DNA from: Pasteurella multocida
Lineage (GTDB): Bacteria > Pseudomonadota > Gammaproteobacteria > Enterobacterales > Pasteurellaceae
Assembly (NCBI RefSeq): GCF_900187275.1
Contig: NZ_LT906458.1
Location: 90,001 to 122,000, forward strand
DNA length: 32,000 nt
Reading direction: 5' to 3'
How positions within the stretch are numbered: position 1 is the first letter of the stretch; each line of letters starts with the position of its first letter. Shown piece after piece: positions 1 to 10,266 of the stretch. Under the pieces are notes generated by a model. It saw only the letters and a list, made by a program, of their open reading frames with translations. It ran no database searches and had not been told where the DNA came from. The translations under genes were made by a program, and so were the position numbers.

Positions 1-612
1 CGCTTTGCCGATCTGGCACAAAGCCTGCATATGCCGGTTCCACCTGACTTAAAACGAGATAAAGGCTGGGTGGGTATGTTAATTGAAACCGCTCTCGGTG
101 CAACCGCAGGCAGTAAAGCTGAGCAAGATTTTGCGCACTTGGGGATTGAGTTAAAAACGCTCCCGATTAATGCACAGGGGATGCCGTTAGAAACCACTTT
201 TGTCAGCTTAGCGCCCTTAACGCAGAATGTGGGGGTCAGTTGGGAAAACTCACATGTTAGGCATAAACTCAGTAAGGTACTGTGGATTTTAGTTGAAGGG
301 GAAAGACAGATTCCGTTGTCTGAACGGCGTGTTGGGCAGCCGATTTTATGGCAGCCTTCAGCACAGCAAGAATTGCGTTTAAAGCGAGATTGGGAAGAGC
401 TAATGGAATATATTAGCTTAGGCAAGCTTGAGCAGATTAATGCGACCTTAGGCGAGGTGCTACAGCTTCGTCCGAAAGGGGCAAACAGTAAAGCGTTGAC
501 CCGTGGAATTGGCAAACACGGTGAAATGATTGATACGTTACCTTTAGGCTTTTATTTACGTAAAACCTTTACTGCGGAAATTTTACAACAATTTTTGCTT
601 GGCACGGGGTAA
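1..612 (+). CDS. mutH: DNA mismatch repair endonuclease MutH (5' end cut by window edge)
   Basis: The frame is open from nt 1 ([10 protein letters not shown] precedes the listed Met). The translation aligns end to end with E. coli MutH as I recall it (KRDKGW.G.L.E..LGA.AGSK.EQDF, ELKT.P, TSHVRHKL..VLW..VEGER, RPK.AN.KA). Confidence 0.9.
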   Translation, partial: RFADLAQSLHMPVPPDLKRDKGWVGMLIETALGATAGSKAEQDFAHLGIELKTLPINAQGMPLETTFVSLAPLTQNVGVSWENSHVRHKLSKVLWILVEGERQIPLSERRVGQPILWQPSAQQELRLKRDWEELMEYISLGKLEQINATLGEVLQLRPKGANSKALTRGIGKHGEMIDTLPLGFYLRKTFTAEILQQFLLGTG

Positions 613-677
613 TTGACTTGGTGTCTTTGCACAAAATGATATGATTTATCTCATTTTTATGAAAAAAGGAACAGACT

Positions 678-1406
678 ATGTTTGAATGGCTTGCGAGTCC
701 GGAGGCTTGGGTTGCACTTTTTACCTTAGCTGCTTTAGAAATTGTGTTAGGGATTGATAACATCATTTTCATTAGTATTTTGGTTGGGCGTTTACCCGAA
801 CATCAACGCCAATCCGGACGCTTGATTGGGCTCGGTTTGGCAATGGGAATGCGAATTTTATTATTGCTTTCTCTCTCTTGGGTCATGTCGTTGACAGCGA
901 CCTTATTTACCGTATTAGGGGAGGCGATCTCTGGGCGTGATTTAATTTTATTGATTGGTGGCTTATTCCTAGTAGCAAAAAGTACCCATGAAATTCACCA
1001 TGCTATGATGCCAGAAGAAGAAAATGAGGAAGAGAAACCAAAAACAGTAAGCTTTTTAGGCATTTTAACGCAGATTGCGATTTTGGATATTGTGTTCTCA
1101 TTGGATTCGGTGATTACGGCAGTAGGCATGGTAGATCAAGTGGGCGTGATGATTGTGGCGATTGTGATGGCTGTTGGGGTAATGATGTTTGCAGCGAAAC
1201 CAATCGGGGATTTTGTTGAAACGCATCCAACTTTGAAAGTCCTTGCTCTGTCTTTCTTAATCTTAATTGGTGTGGCATTGATTGGAGAGAGTTTAGATTT
1301 CCACATTCCGAAAGGTTATATTTACTTTGCGATGGGCTTCTCCGTGGTGGTTGAAATGATCAACATTAAAATGCGTAAAAAGCTCATTAAAAAACCGAGT
1401 GTGTGA
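678..1406 (+). CDS. ygdQ: TerC-family integral membrane protein (YgdQ-like)
   Basis: The 242-aa protein is multi-pass hydrophobic with the TerC-type N-terminus LAALEIVLGIDNIIFISIL. It sits next to mutH, as ygdQ does in E. coli. An AAGGA RBS lies 8 nt upstream of the ATG. Confidence 0.8.
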   Translation: MFEWLASPEAWVALFTLAALEIVLGIDNIIFISILVGRLPEHQRQSGRLIGLGLAMGMRILLLLSLSWVMSLTATLFTVLGEAISGRDLILLIGGLFLVAKSTHEIHHAMMPEEENEEEKPKTVSFLGILTQIAILDIVFSLDSVITAVGMVDQVGVMIVAIVMAVGVMMFAAKPIGDFVETHPTLKVLALSFLILIGVALIGESLDFHIPKGYIYFAMGFSVVVEMINIKMRKKLIKKPSV

Positions 1407-1418
1407 GAGAACACAAAA

Positions 1419-1450
1419 ATGGCAAGCCTGAGTCGCTTGCCATATTATTA
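1419..1450 (+). terminator. Hairpin ATGGCAAGC-ctgagtc-GCTTGCCAT followed by AUAUUAUUAU; probable ygdQ terminator, or the outermost IS left-end structure
   Basis: A perfect 9-bp stem (1419-1427 / 1435-1443) lies 13 nt after the ygdQ stop, with a U-rich but interrupted tail. Confidence 0.35.
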
Positions 1451-1530
1451 TAGCTAGACAAAGTCTAGCTATAAAAACCATACGCTTTGCGTATGGAACA
1501 GAAAAGCTTAAGCGGTGAGCAGAACAAAAC

Positions 1531-1582
1531 ATCCTCCTATAATGAACAAGGCTGACAACCAAAATTCAACATATAGGAGGAT
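1531..1582 (+). promoter_or_regulatory. RBS-sequestering stem in the tnpA leader
   Basis: ATCCTCCTAT (1531-1540) is the perfect reverse complement of ATAGGAGGAT (1573-1582). The latter contains the tnpA Shine-Dalgarno AGGAGG, 5 nt upstream of ATG 1588. The same translational-repression architecture is described for Salmonella IS200. Confidence 0.55.
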
Positions 1583-1587
1583 AAGTC

Positions 1588-2052
1588 ATGGCAAGTAAAT
1601 CCAATGACGATTCAAGTCTATCACACACAAGATGGAACTGTAAGTACCACATAGTCTTTATCCCTAAGTATAGGAGAAAAGCAATTTATGGAAAATTGCG
1701 AGTTGATATAGGAGGGATACTAAGACAATTATGTCACTACAAGAATGTAGAGATAATAGAGGCATATGCAATGAAAGAGCATATCCATATGCTGTTAAGG
1801 ATACCTCCGAAACTGGCCGTTTCAAGTTTTATGGGGTATTTAAAAGGTAAGTCATCGCTAATGATATTTGAAAGACATGCAAATTTGAAATATAAGTATG
1901 GGAATCGAAATTTTTGGGCGAAAGGCTATTATGTAAGTACAGTAGGTTTAAATACAAAAATTGTAGAGGAATATATCCGAAATCAGGAAAAGGAAGATAT
2001 GATTCAGGATAATTTATCGAAGAAAGAATATATGGACCCCTTTAAGGGGTAG
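1588..2052 (+). CDS. tnpA: IS200/IS605 family Y1 (HUH) transposase TnpA
   Basis: The 154-aa size is right for the family. It has the N-terminal SHTRWNCKYHIVFIPKYRRK signature, the HUH motif H65-I-H67 (EHIHMLL) and the catalytic Tyr in EEY129IRNQ. There are no frameshifts or stops. Confidence 0.92.
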   Translation: MASKSNDDSSLSHTRWNCKYHIVFIPKYRRKAIYGKLRVDIGGILRQLCHYKNVEIIEAYAMKEHIHMLLRIPPKLAVSSFMGYLKGKSSLMIFERHANLKYKYGNRNFWAKGYYVSTVGLNTKIVEEYIRNQEKEDMIQDNLSKKEYMDPFKG

Positions 2053-2134
2053 GCAACAGAGTTATTGAACGGTTGTCAGAATTCACATGCCCCTTGAGGG
2101 GCATGTGAAGTACTAGGCCCTTATAGGGTGGCCT

Positions 2135-2158
2135 AAAAACCGCCCGTTTTACGGGCGG
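2135..2158 (-). terminator. Rho-independent terminator of polA
   Basis: On the minus strand it reads CCGCCCG-uaaaa-CGGGCGG followed by UUUUU. It lies 20 nt downstream of the polA stop (2178). Confidence 0.6.
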
Positions 2159-2177
2159 ATTGTTATTTGGGGGGAGG

Positions 2178-4970
2178 CTAATGTGCCTCGTCCCAGTTTT
2201 TACCCACACCCACATCTACAATCAGTGGCACCACAAGTTGAGCAGCTTGTTCCATCGTGGTTTTGATGATCGTGCGAAAGTGTTCGATTTTATCTGAGCG
2301 TACTTCAAAGACCAATTCATCGTGTACTTGCATGATCATTTTAATGTCAGGTTGTTCTGCGATTTCACGATCTAAAGTAATCATCGCTCGTTTAATGATA
2401 TCTGCTGCTGTCCCTTGCATTGGCGCGTTGATAGCAACCCGTTCAGCTGCTTTGCGACGAATGGCATTGGAAGATTGGATATCAGGTAAATATAAGCGTC
2501 GGTCAAACAAAGTTGTTACATAACCTTGTGCTTTGGCTGTTTCGCGAATGTCATGCATAAAGGCTTGTACACCGGGGTAACGTTGGAAATACAAGTCCAT
2601 GTATTTTTGTGCTTCATGACGTGGAATGCCTAATTGACGAGAAAGTCCAAATGAACTCATGCCATAAATTAAACCAAAGTTAATGGCTTTGGCGCTACGA
2701 CGTTGTTCACTGCTAACTTGCGCTAATGGAATGCCAAAGATCTCTGCCGCTGTTGAACGGTGAATATCTTTTCCTTCATTAAATGCGTTAATTAGCCCTT
2801 TATCTTGCGATAAGTGAGCCATGATTCGCAGTTCAATTTGGGAATAGTCCGCGGCCATAATTTGATAGCCTTCAGGTGCAATAAAGGCTTGACGAATGCG
2901 ACGCCCTTCCTCGTTGCGAATCGGAATATTTTGTAAATTGGGATCACTCGATGAAAGACGACCTGTGGCGGTTACCGCCTGATGATAGGAAGTATGTACA
3001 CGTCCCGTGTCTTTATTCACCATGAGCGGTAATTTGTCAGTATAAGTGGATTTTAATTTACTTAATCCACGATGCTCCACAAGAATTTTTGGCAAGGCAT
3101 GCTCGTAGGCAAGCTCTTCTAAGACTTCTTCATTCGTTGACGGCGCGCCTTTAGGCGTTTTCTTCAAGACAGGTAAGCTCAATTTATCGAACAGGATCTC
3201 TTGCAACTGTTTGGTTGAGGCCAAATTAAATTGTTGTCCAGCCAATTCATACGCCTGTTGTTCAAGTGCGGTCAATCTTACGCCAATTTGTTGCGACTGA
3301 CTAAACAGTGCATCACTATCAATGAGCACGCCATGACGTTCAATACGCGACAGCACCGAGGCTAAAGGCAGTTCCATGGTTTGATATAACTTCACTAATT
3401 CAGGCTGTGCTACTACTTTTTCCCATAAGACCTGCTGTAATTTCATGGTAATATCGGCATCTTCTGCCGCATATTCCGCCGCTTGTTCAAGTGGTATTTG
3501 ATTAAAGGTGAGCTGAGCTTTGCCTTTACCCGCGATATCTTCAAAGTGAATGGTTTGGTGACCTAAATAACGTTTGGCTAATTCATCCATATTATGGCGC
3601 CCAGTACTGTCTAACACATAAGACAGTAACATGGTGTCATAGCTCACGCCTTGTACTTCAATACCGTGACGAGCAAAGATACTTAAATCGTACTTAATAT
3701 TTTGTCCTACTTTATGGATTTCAGGGTTCTCTAAAACAGGTTTAAGCAAAGAAAGTGCGGTCTGAAAATCTACTTGCTGAGGTGCGCCAAGATAATCATG
3801 GCGTAATGGTAAATAAGCAGCTTCACCATTCTCTAACGCAAAAGATACCCCGACTAAATGAGCCACCATATAGTCTAAACTGTCTGTTTCAGTATCAATT
3901 GCAATACATTTGGCTTGATTAAGCTTGTCTATCCAGCGCTTCAATTCACTGAGTTCGAGAAGACATTGGTATTGGCTACGGTCAATTTGGACAGAAACGG
4001 TATTTTCTCTCTCATTTGCACTTGGAGTGGCTTGGTAAGGATTGAGCTTCACTGCCTGTTCCGAACCATTGGTGACGGAGCTTTCTCCTCCATTCATCAC
4101 TTCGTTAAGCCAGCGCTTAAATTCATAACGAGCAAAATATTCAATTAACGCATCTTTATTCGCAACACCAAAAGTCAGTTGTTCTGGACTGACATCCAGT
4201 GCAACATCGGTTTTAATGGTGGCGAGTAGATAAGATAAATCAGCGAGATCTTTTGCCTCGGCTAATTTTGCTCCTAATGTTTTGGCGCCACGTAGGGATA
4301 AACTGGCGACTTTGTCTAAATTTGCATAAATCTCAGCCATGCTACCTATGCCTTGTAGCAGACCTAACGCCGTTTTTTCCCCTACGCCCGGAATTCCCGG
4401 AATATTATCTGAGCTATCGCCCATTAACGCGAGGTAATCAATGATTAATTCCGGAGGCAGACCATATTTTTCAAGTACTCCCTCGCGATCTAATAAAGTG
4501 TTGTTCATGGTGTTAATGAGCATAATATTCTCATCAACAAGCTGCGCCATGTCTTTGTCACCGGTACTAATTAAGACTTTTTTTCCGGTACGAGAGGCTT
4601 GCACCGCAAGGGTACCAATGACGTCATCGGCTTCCACACCTTCTACCACTAACAAGGGAATGCCTAAGGCCCGAATAATATTGTGCAGTGGCAGAATTTG
4701 ACTGCGTAATTCCTCAGGCATTGGGGGACGATGAGATTTGTATTGTTCAAATATTTCATCACGAAAGGTTTTGCCCTTCGCATCAAAAACCACGGCAATA
4801 TGGCTTGGTTGTACTTGTGAAATGAGGCTTTTTAACATATTTAATACACCGTACATTGCGCCAGTTGGCTCATTTAATGAGTTCGTTAAAGGCGGAAATG
4901 CGTGAAATGCGCGGTATAGATACGAAGAACCATCCACTAAGACTAAAGGGTTTTCTGCGATTTTTGCCAT
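2178..4970 (-). CDS. polA: DNA polymerase I
   Basis: The 930-aa protein has an N-terminal 5'-3' exonuclease region ([14 protein letters not shown]), a 3'-5' exonuclease region ([11 protein letters not shown]) and polymerase motifs ([23 protein letters not shown]). Confidence 0.97.
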   Translation of the reverse strand: MAKIAENPLVLVDGSSYLYRAFHAFPPLTNSLNEPTGAMYGVLNMLKSLISQVQPSHIAVVFDAKGKTFRDEIFEQYKSHRPPMPEELRSQILPLHNIIRALGIPLLVVEGVEADDVIGTLAVQASRTGKKVLISTGDKDMAQLVDENIMLINTMNNTLLDREGVLEKYGLPPELIIDYLALMGDSSDNIPGIPGVGEKTALGLLQGIGSMAEIYANLDKVASLSLRGAKTLGAKLAEAKDLADLSYLLATIKTDVALDVSPEQLTFGVANKDALIEYFARYEFKRWLNEVMNGGESSVTNGSEQAVKLNPYQATPSANERENTVSVQIDRSQYQCLLELSELKRWIDKLNQAKCIAIDTETDSLDYMVAHLVGVSFALENGEAAYLPLRHDYLGAPQQVDFQTALSLLKPVLENPEIHKVGQNIKYDLSIFARHGIEVQGVSYDTMLLSYVLDSTGRHNMDELAKRYLGHQTIHFEDIAGKGKAQLTFNQIPLEQAAEYAAEDADITMKLQQVLWEKVVAQPELVKLYQTMELPLASVLSRIERHGVLIDSDALFSQSQQIGVRLTALEQQAYELAGQQFNLASTKQLQEILFDKLSLPVLKKTPKGAPSTNEEVLEELAYEHALPKILVEHRGLSKLKSTYTDKLPLMVNKDTGRVHTSYHQAVTATGRLSSSDPNLQNIPIRNEEGRRIRQAFIAPEGYQIMAADYSQIELRIMAHLSQDKGLINAFNEGKDIHRSTAAEIFGIPLAQVSSEQRRSAKAINFGLIYGMSSFGLSRQLGIPRHEAQKYMDLYFQRYPGVQAFMHDIRETAKAQGYVTTLFDRRLYLPDIQSSNAIRRKAAERVAINAPMQGTAADIIKRAMITLDREIAEQPDIKMIMQVHDELVFEVRSDKIEHFRTIIKTTMEQAAQLVVPLIVDVGVGKNWDEAH

Positions 4971-5113
4971 AAATTATCCGTTTATTTAATGAAAAGAGGT
5001 TGCCATTATAACGTAAAACAGCAAGAAGGCGTTCAAAAAGCATAAGCTTTTCGATTTCGTGTGGTTGATGTTGCAGTAGCGGATGTAAAAATAATCACAT
5101 TGAATAAAAAATA

Positions 5114-5129
5114 TGTGATCTTAGTCACA
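5114..5129. promoter_or_regulatory. Consensus CRP-binding palindrome TGTGA-tcttag-TCACA in the polA/hel divergent spacer
   Basis: Both half sites match TGTGA-N6-TCACA exactly. The site lies 88 bp upstream of the hel ATG. This is a sequence match only. Confidence 0.45.
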
Positions 5130-5180
5130 TTCAACGCGCTGATTTATGACAATAGGAGAATGAATTTGTTACATTAATAA

Positions 5181-6035
<855 letters not shown>

Positions 6036-6053
6036 TTTTCATTTCTTTTGAAC

Positions 6054-6086
6054 AAAATGCGATGAATTCATTTCATCGCATTTTTT
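6054..6086. terminator. Bidirectional intrinsic terminator between hel and mtlR
   Basis: The stem is ATGCGATGAA (6057-6066) / TTCATCGCAT (6072-6081), flanked by A4 upstream and T5 downstream. It lies between two convergent stop codons. Confidence 0.65.
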
Positions 6087-6095
6087 ATGTTTGCT

Positions 6096-6614
6096 TCACA
6101 ATGGACTTTCGATTTGGAGTTGCTCGTAAATTTCAGTGATTGCTAAGGTGAGATAAGAACGAATCAATTTTTCTCGACGTAAGGCTTTGACTTGATAGAG
6201 CAGTGAGTCGGGGTTTTCGTCTTTTTCCATCGGAAAATTGAGCAAGGATTTATCATTTTGACAGCTTAACTGTTGGATAAAATCAATAATAATAAGATCG
6301 GCAAAATCGTATTCTTTTTCATCGTTATTCAGCTTTTCTTTAATCTCAATAAAATGGCTGATATCGCTAAACACATGATGCTCGATAATCCCTAAACCTA
6401 ATAAGACTTTTAAACGAATCGATAAATCGCAGAGCGGTCCAGAATTAGATAATAATGAGTCAACTACAGATTTGACGGCAAAATCTGTTTTACGAAAAAC
6501 GCGATTAATAAGTTGATCAACCGCTTCGTCAAAAATCGCGACAGAAGCCGTAATGAAACCACGAATTGAGGTGGCTTCATTGAGTTTTTCATAAATGGGA
6601 TCGACTGACTGCAC
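6096..6614 (-). CDS. mtlR: Mannitol operon repressor MtlR
   Basis: The 172-aa protein sits last in an mtlA-mtlD-mtlR arrangement. Its N-terminal half resembles enterobacterial MtlR. Confidence 0.8.
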   Translation of the reverse strand: MQSVDPIYEKLNEATSIRGFITASVAIFDEAVDQLINRVFRKTDFAVKSVVDSLLSNSGPLCDLSIRLKVLLGLGIIEHHVFSDISHFIEIKEKLNNDEKEYDFADLIIIDFIQQLSCQNDKSLLNFPMEKDENPDSLLYQVKALRREKLIRSYLTLAITEIYEQLQIESPL

Positions 6615-6656
6615 TCGTTATCCTTTTCTAGACCGAATTAAGACCGCATTGGCACT

Positions 6657-7814
6657 TTAGTTTTTTTGCAAGGCATTATAAGCAGTTACGATTTGTTGCA
6701 CAATGTTTGATTCTGTCAGTTCAGTGATTTTTTTCACCGCACTTTCGAGCGCATCTTGCTGTAAAAGTTGAGCTAATTCAACTGCTTGTGGATCACTCTC
6801 ATTGCGATAGGCTAAGGCACTAGCAATGGTTTGAATTAAATGTTGATTTGGTAATCCATATTCTAAGGTGCCACGTAATGGTTTGATTAAACGATCGTTA
6901 TAGCTGAGTTTTCGTAAAGGTTCTCTGCCCACACGATCAACATCATCTTGTAAATACGGATTGGCAAAACGCTTCAGGATTTTTTCAATGTAAGCCGCGT
7001 GGGCATGAGGATCAAAACCATAACGTTTAATTAATACGGCACCACTTTCTTGCATCGTGGCTTTAACGGCTTCCCTGATGTCTGGATCATCAATGCTGTC
7101 TTTGACAAATTGGTGACCTTTTAATTTGCCTAAATAGGCGGTCGTGGCGTGTCCAGTATTTAATGTAAACAGTTTACGCTCAACAAATGCCATTAAATTA
7201 TCCGTTTGCTCCATACCATTAATAGCTGGAATTGTACCTTTAAATTGGGTTTTATCTACAATCCATTCACTGAACTCTTCAACTGTCACTAATAACGGGT
7301 TGGCGGGATCAAACTGTACTGGTGGCACGATGCGATCAACGGCAGAATCAACAAAGCCAATCTGTGCTTCCGCTTGTTGCTGTTCTTCAGGGGTGAGATA
7401 AGAGAACACATTGTCTTTTAAAAAGCTGGTACCTCGCACCATATTTTCACATGCAATAATATTTAATGGGCGGGTATTTCCTGCACGAAAACGTGCGCTT
7501 AAGCCTTTTGCAATAGTGCTTGAAATGATTTTTAATACATTAGGTCCCACCGCGGTGGTCACTAAATCAACTTCAGTAAAGCATGCAATAATATCCGCCT
7601 CATTTTTAGAATTGACTCCTGTGACGTTTGACACGGTTTCAATTACATTCAGGCGATCGCCAACAATTTTGACTGGATAAGCCCGTTGTGTTTTGAGTTG
7701 CTCAATAACATGATCATTGACATCGGCAAAGATGACTTGAATACCACTATCAGCTAATAATTTTCCGATAAATCCACGTCCAATATTACCCGCACCAAAA
7801 TGTAATGCTTTCAT
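6657..7814 (-). CDS. mtlD: Mannitol-1-phosphate 5-dehydrogenase
   Basis: It starts [22 protein letters not shown] (Rossmann fold) and is near-colinear with E. coli MtlD ([28 protein letters not shown], RVGRxPLRKL). Confidence 0.96.
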   Translation of the reverse strand: MKALHFGAGNIGRGFIGKLLADSGIQVIFADVNDHVIEQLKTQRAYPVKIVGDRLNVIETVSNVTGVNSKNEADIIACFTEVDLVTTAVGPNVLKIISSTIAKGLSARFRAGNTRPLNIIACENMVRGTSFLKDNVFSYLTPEEQQQAEAQIGFVDSAVDRIVPPVQFDPANPLLVTVEEFSEWIVDKTQFKGTIPAINGMEQTDNLMAFVERKLFTLNTGHATTAYLGKLKGHQFVKDSIDDPDIREAVKATMQESGAVLIKRYGFDPHAHAAYIEKILKRFANPYLQDDVDRVGREPLRKLSYNDRLIKPLRGTLEYGLPNQHLIQTIASALAYRNESDPQAVELAQLLQQDALESAVKKITELTESNIVQQIVTAYNALQKN

Positions 7815-7852
7815 CGCTTACTCCAAAAATAAGAAAAGAGTTTAAATAAACA

Positions 7853-7874
7853 TGGGCAGATAATGATCTGCCCA
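7853..7874 (-). other. Intra-operon hairpin between mtlA and mtlD (possible partial terminator or mRNA-stability element)
   Basis: A 9-bp stem, TGGGCAGAT / ATCTGCCCA with a 4-nt loop, is followed on the minus strand by a short U-rich run (AUGUUUAUUU). Confidence 0.3.
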
Positions 7875-7880
7875 AGAAGA

Positions 7881-9755
7881 TTATGCTTTTAATAACGCTA
7901 AGACTTTTTCGACATCATCCGTTTCCGATAAAATGCGAATGGCATCCTCGTTATCTAGTGCATTGGTAATGGCAGAAACCACTTGCAGATGCTCGTTGTT
8001 TTTGGCGGCAATCCCAATCACTAATTTTGCGATACTGTCTTCTTCATCCTCATTAAATTTGACACCTTCTGGATACTGACAGACAACAACACCTGTTTTG
8101 AGTACCGCATCTTTAGCTTCGATTGTGCCATGTGGTACCGCAATACCTTCACCTAAATAAGTGGAAACCATTTTTTCACGCTCAAACATCGCATCAACAT
8201 AACTTGGTAGCACAAAACCTGATTCAACTAAACGTTCACCCGCGAATCGAATGGCTTCTTCTTTATTTGCTGCTTTTAAGCCTAAGAAGACTTGTTTTTC
8301 AGTGAGTACAAATGCAGTTTGAGGCGCTTCTTGTGGCTCAAGCGTGCTGACCTTTGCTAAATCAGCCACCTTTGTATTGCTCAAATCTTGAACGAGGTTA
8401 TCGTAGAAATGGGCATCTAAGAAATTGTTTAAGGAAAAATGCATAGCATTTGGCGTATGTTTTTTGGCACGTAATGTTAAGTCTTGATGCGTAATGACTA
8501 ATTGCGCGTCTTCCGGTAAATCATTAATTGCACAGTTTGTCACTTCAATGGCTAATCCTGCTTCTTTGACTTTTTTACGTAACATGCTTGCGCCCATTGC
8601 ACTTGATCCCATACCTGCATCACAAGCAACAAAGATTTTTTGTACACCTTGATAACGGGCTGGTGTATTGAACTGTACACCGGATTTCATCGCTTTTGAT
8701 GCGGCTTGCATTTTCTCTAATAAATGCCCATTTTCTTCTTTTTGAATTTTTAAGAAGAATGAAGCGATAACGAAAGAGACCGTCGCCGCGATGGCAACAG
8801 AAGCGAGAACACCAACGATAGCGTTTTGTGGTGTCATTAATAAAACCGCAATAATCGAACCTGGTGAAGCGGGTGCCACAAGACCTGCATTAAATAATAC
8901 CAATGTGAATACACCAGATACACCACCTGCAATCACGGCCAGTAAGAGACGCGGATTCATTAAAACATAAGGGAAATAAATCTCGTGGATTCCCCCAAAG
9001 AAATGGATGATCGTGGCACCGCCTGCTGTTTGTTTTGCTGTACCTTTCCCAAATATAATATAAGCAAGTAACACCCCTAAGCCCGGACCCGGGTTGGCCT
9101 CAATCAAGAAGAAAATGGATTGTCCAAATTCTTGCGATTGTTGAATACCAAGTGGGGAGAAAATTCCATGGTTAATTGCGTTGTTTAAGAAGAGGATTTT
9201 GGCTGGCTCAACAAAGATAGAGGTGAGCGGCAGTAAGTGCGCTTTTACTAAAATATCGACACCAGCAGCTAACATAGTGGACAACGCTTTCACCGCTGGA
9301 CCAATTAGCCAGAAGAATAAAATAGCCAAGATCATACCAATGATACCTGAAGAGAAGTTATTGACTAACATCTCAAAGCCACTTTTAATTTTACCATCAG
9401 CCCATTTATCAAAACGTTTAATTGCCCAGCCCCCTGTCGGACCCGCGATCATGGCGCCTAAAAACATTGGGATGTCAGTACCTACAATGACCCCCGCAGT
9501 AGCAATCGCGCCGACCACCGCACCGCGCTCACCAGCAATCAATTTACCACCAGAATAACCAATTAAGAGTGGTAATAAGTAGGTGATCATCGGTCCTACT
9601 AATTTGGCTAACGTTTCATTGGGTAGCCAACCCGTTGGAATGAAAAGTGCGGTGATAAAACCCCAAGCAATAAATGCACCAATATTGGGCATCACCATGT
9701 TGGATAAGAAACGACCAAAATTTTGTACTTTGACTTTTGCATTTGCTGAAAGCAT
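7881..9755 (-). CDS. mtlA: PTS mannitol-specific EIICBA component
   Basis: It is colinear with E. coli MtlA (KVQNFGRFLSNMVMPNIGAFIAWG; EIIB site ACDAGMGSSAMG; EIIA GIAVPHGT). I moved the start to Met10 of the listed ORF (9755), because GAGG lies 7 nt upstream and the E. coli N-terminus aligns there. Confidence 0.95.
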   Translation of the reverse strand: MLSANAKVKVQNFGRFLSNMVMPNIGAFIAWGFITALFIPTGWLPNETLAKLVGPMITYLLPLLIGYSGGKLIAGERGAVVGAIATAGVIVGTDIPMFLGAMIAGPTGGWAIKRFDKWADGKIKSGFEMLVNNFSSGIIGMILAILFFWLIGPAVKALSTMLAAGVDILVKAHLLPLTSIFVEPAKILFLNNAINHGIFSPLGIQQSQEFGQSIFFLIEANPGPGLGVLLAYIIFGKGTAKQTAGGATIIHFFGGIHEIYFPYVLMNPRLLLAVIAGGVSGVFTLVLFNAGLVAPASPGSIIAVLLMTPQNAIVGVLASVAIAATVSFVIASFFLKIQKEENGHLLEKMQAASKAMKSGVQFNTPARYQGVQKIFVACDAGMGSSAMGASMLRKKVKEAGLAIEVTNCAINDLPEDAQLVITHQDLTLRAKKHTPNAMHFSLNNFLDAHFYDNLVQDLSNTKVADLAKVSTLEPQEAPQTAFVLTEKQVFLGLKAANKEEAIRFAGERLVESGFVLPSYVDAMFEREKMVSTYLGEGIAVPHGTIEAKDAVLKTGVVVCQYPEGVKFNEDEEDSIAKLVIGIAAKNNEHLQVVSAITNALDNEDAIRILSETDDVEKVLALLKA

Positions 9756-9840
9756 AGTTAACCTCGTCGATAAAATGACCAATTTTCAACTGTCAAAATA
9801 GCATAGCGAAACTGAAATCTAAAATTTTTCATATTAAATA

Positions 9841-9856
9841 TGTGATGAGTATCACA
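9841..9856. promoter_or_regulatory. CRP site 1 (TGTGAT-gagt-ATCACA), mtl control region
   Basis: Perfect match to TGTGA-N6-TCACA. The centre is about 94 bp upstream of the mtlA start codon. Confidence 0.6.
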
Positions 9857-9884
9857 ATGTTTTTTTCTTTGATTTGTTTAAAAA

Positions 9885-9900
9885 TGTGATATATATCACA
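9885..9900. promoter_or_regulatory. CRP site 2 (AAATGTGAT-atat-ATCACAAAA)
   Basis: Perfect match, with flanks close to the extended CRP consensus AAATGTGATCTAGATCACATTT. Confidence 0.6.
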
Positions 9901-9924
9901 AAATATATTTTGTTAATTGTAAAG

Positions 9925-9940
9925 TGTGATATGTATCACA
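9925..9940. promoter_or_regulatory. CRP site 3 (AGTGTGAT-atgt-ATCACATTT)
   Basis: Perfect match. It lies about 100 bp upstream of the divergent yceK-like gene. Confidence 0.6.
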
Positions 9941-10037
9941 TTTATGTGTGGTTTGGCGTATTCAAAATGTAGAAATGTTTATGGCATTTTTTAATATTGT
10001 CGCGAGGATTAGTTAGCTATAATAAACAAGGAAACAA

Positions 10038-10259
10038 ATGCAAAAATTTTGCTTACTTTTAATCGTACTTTTAGGCTTAAATGGCTGTGGTACTGTCGTG
10101 AAATTAATTGACCCTACGGAGTCTTATTCTTCGTATGCTGGCACAAAATATGATCTTGAAATGGCAAAGCGCTGGGGACTTCCTATTTTAGATTTGCCTT
10201 TCTCTTTTATATTGGATACCGCATTATTGCCTTATGTCTGGACTCAAGAAACCGAATAA
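10038..10259 (+). CDS. yceK: YceK-family small lipoprotein (DUF1375-type)
   Basis: The 73-aa protein has the lipobox LNGC and a C-terminal [16 protein letters not shown] that matches E. coli YceK (ILDLPFSLVFDTLLLP). Confidence 0.75.
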   Translation: MQKFCLLLIVLLGLNGCGTVVKLIDPTESYSSYAGTKYDLEMAKRWGLPILDLPFSFILDTALLPYVWTQETE

Positions 10260-10266
10260 ATGACCC

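Larger units (their letters stand above)
1444..2135 (+). mobile_element. IS200/IS605-family insertion sequence (IS200 type, tnpA only); boundaries approximate
   Basis: A single Y1-transposase gene is flanked by subterminal hairpins instead of terminal inverted repeats. Left end: 1449-1473 (11-bp stem) and 1478-1496 (8-bp stem). Right end: 2082-2109 (12-bp stem) and the imperfect 2114-2135. The ~690-bp size is typical of IS200. The element is wedged between the ygdQ and polA terminators. Confidence 0.8.

Noticed and set aside
569-1562. Minus-strand ORFs 569-772 and 1293-1562 from the supplied track.
   Set aside because: The first overlaps the mutH 3' end and the ygdQ 5' end in antisense. The second spans the ygdQ 3' end and the IS200 left-end hairpins. 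Neither has translation signals.
2257-4701. Plus-strand ORFs inside polA (2257-2523, 3915-4148, 4253-4444, 4441-4701). Similar antisense ORFs lie inside mtlD, mtlA, hel, maa, luxS, purT, dapA, the DMT gene, gshF, ybeZ, tmcA and mfd (for example 7144-7401, 7411-7680, 8123-8305, 9181-9558, 9583-9801, 14264-14536, 16200-16403, 18047-18340, 22215-22644, 24551-24953, 25037-25420, 27216-27763, 31054-31473).
   Set aside because: All lie fully within, and antisense or out of frame to, long genes with unambiguous homology. They lack RBSs and have low-complexity or Cys/Arg/Ser-rich shadow-frame composition.
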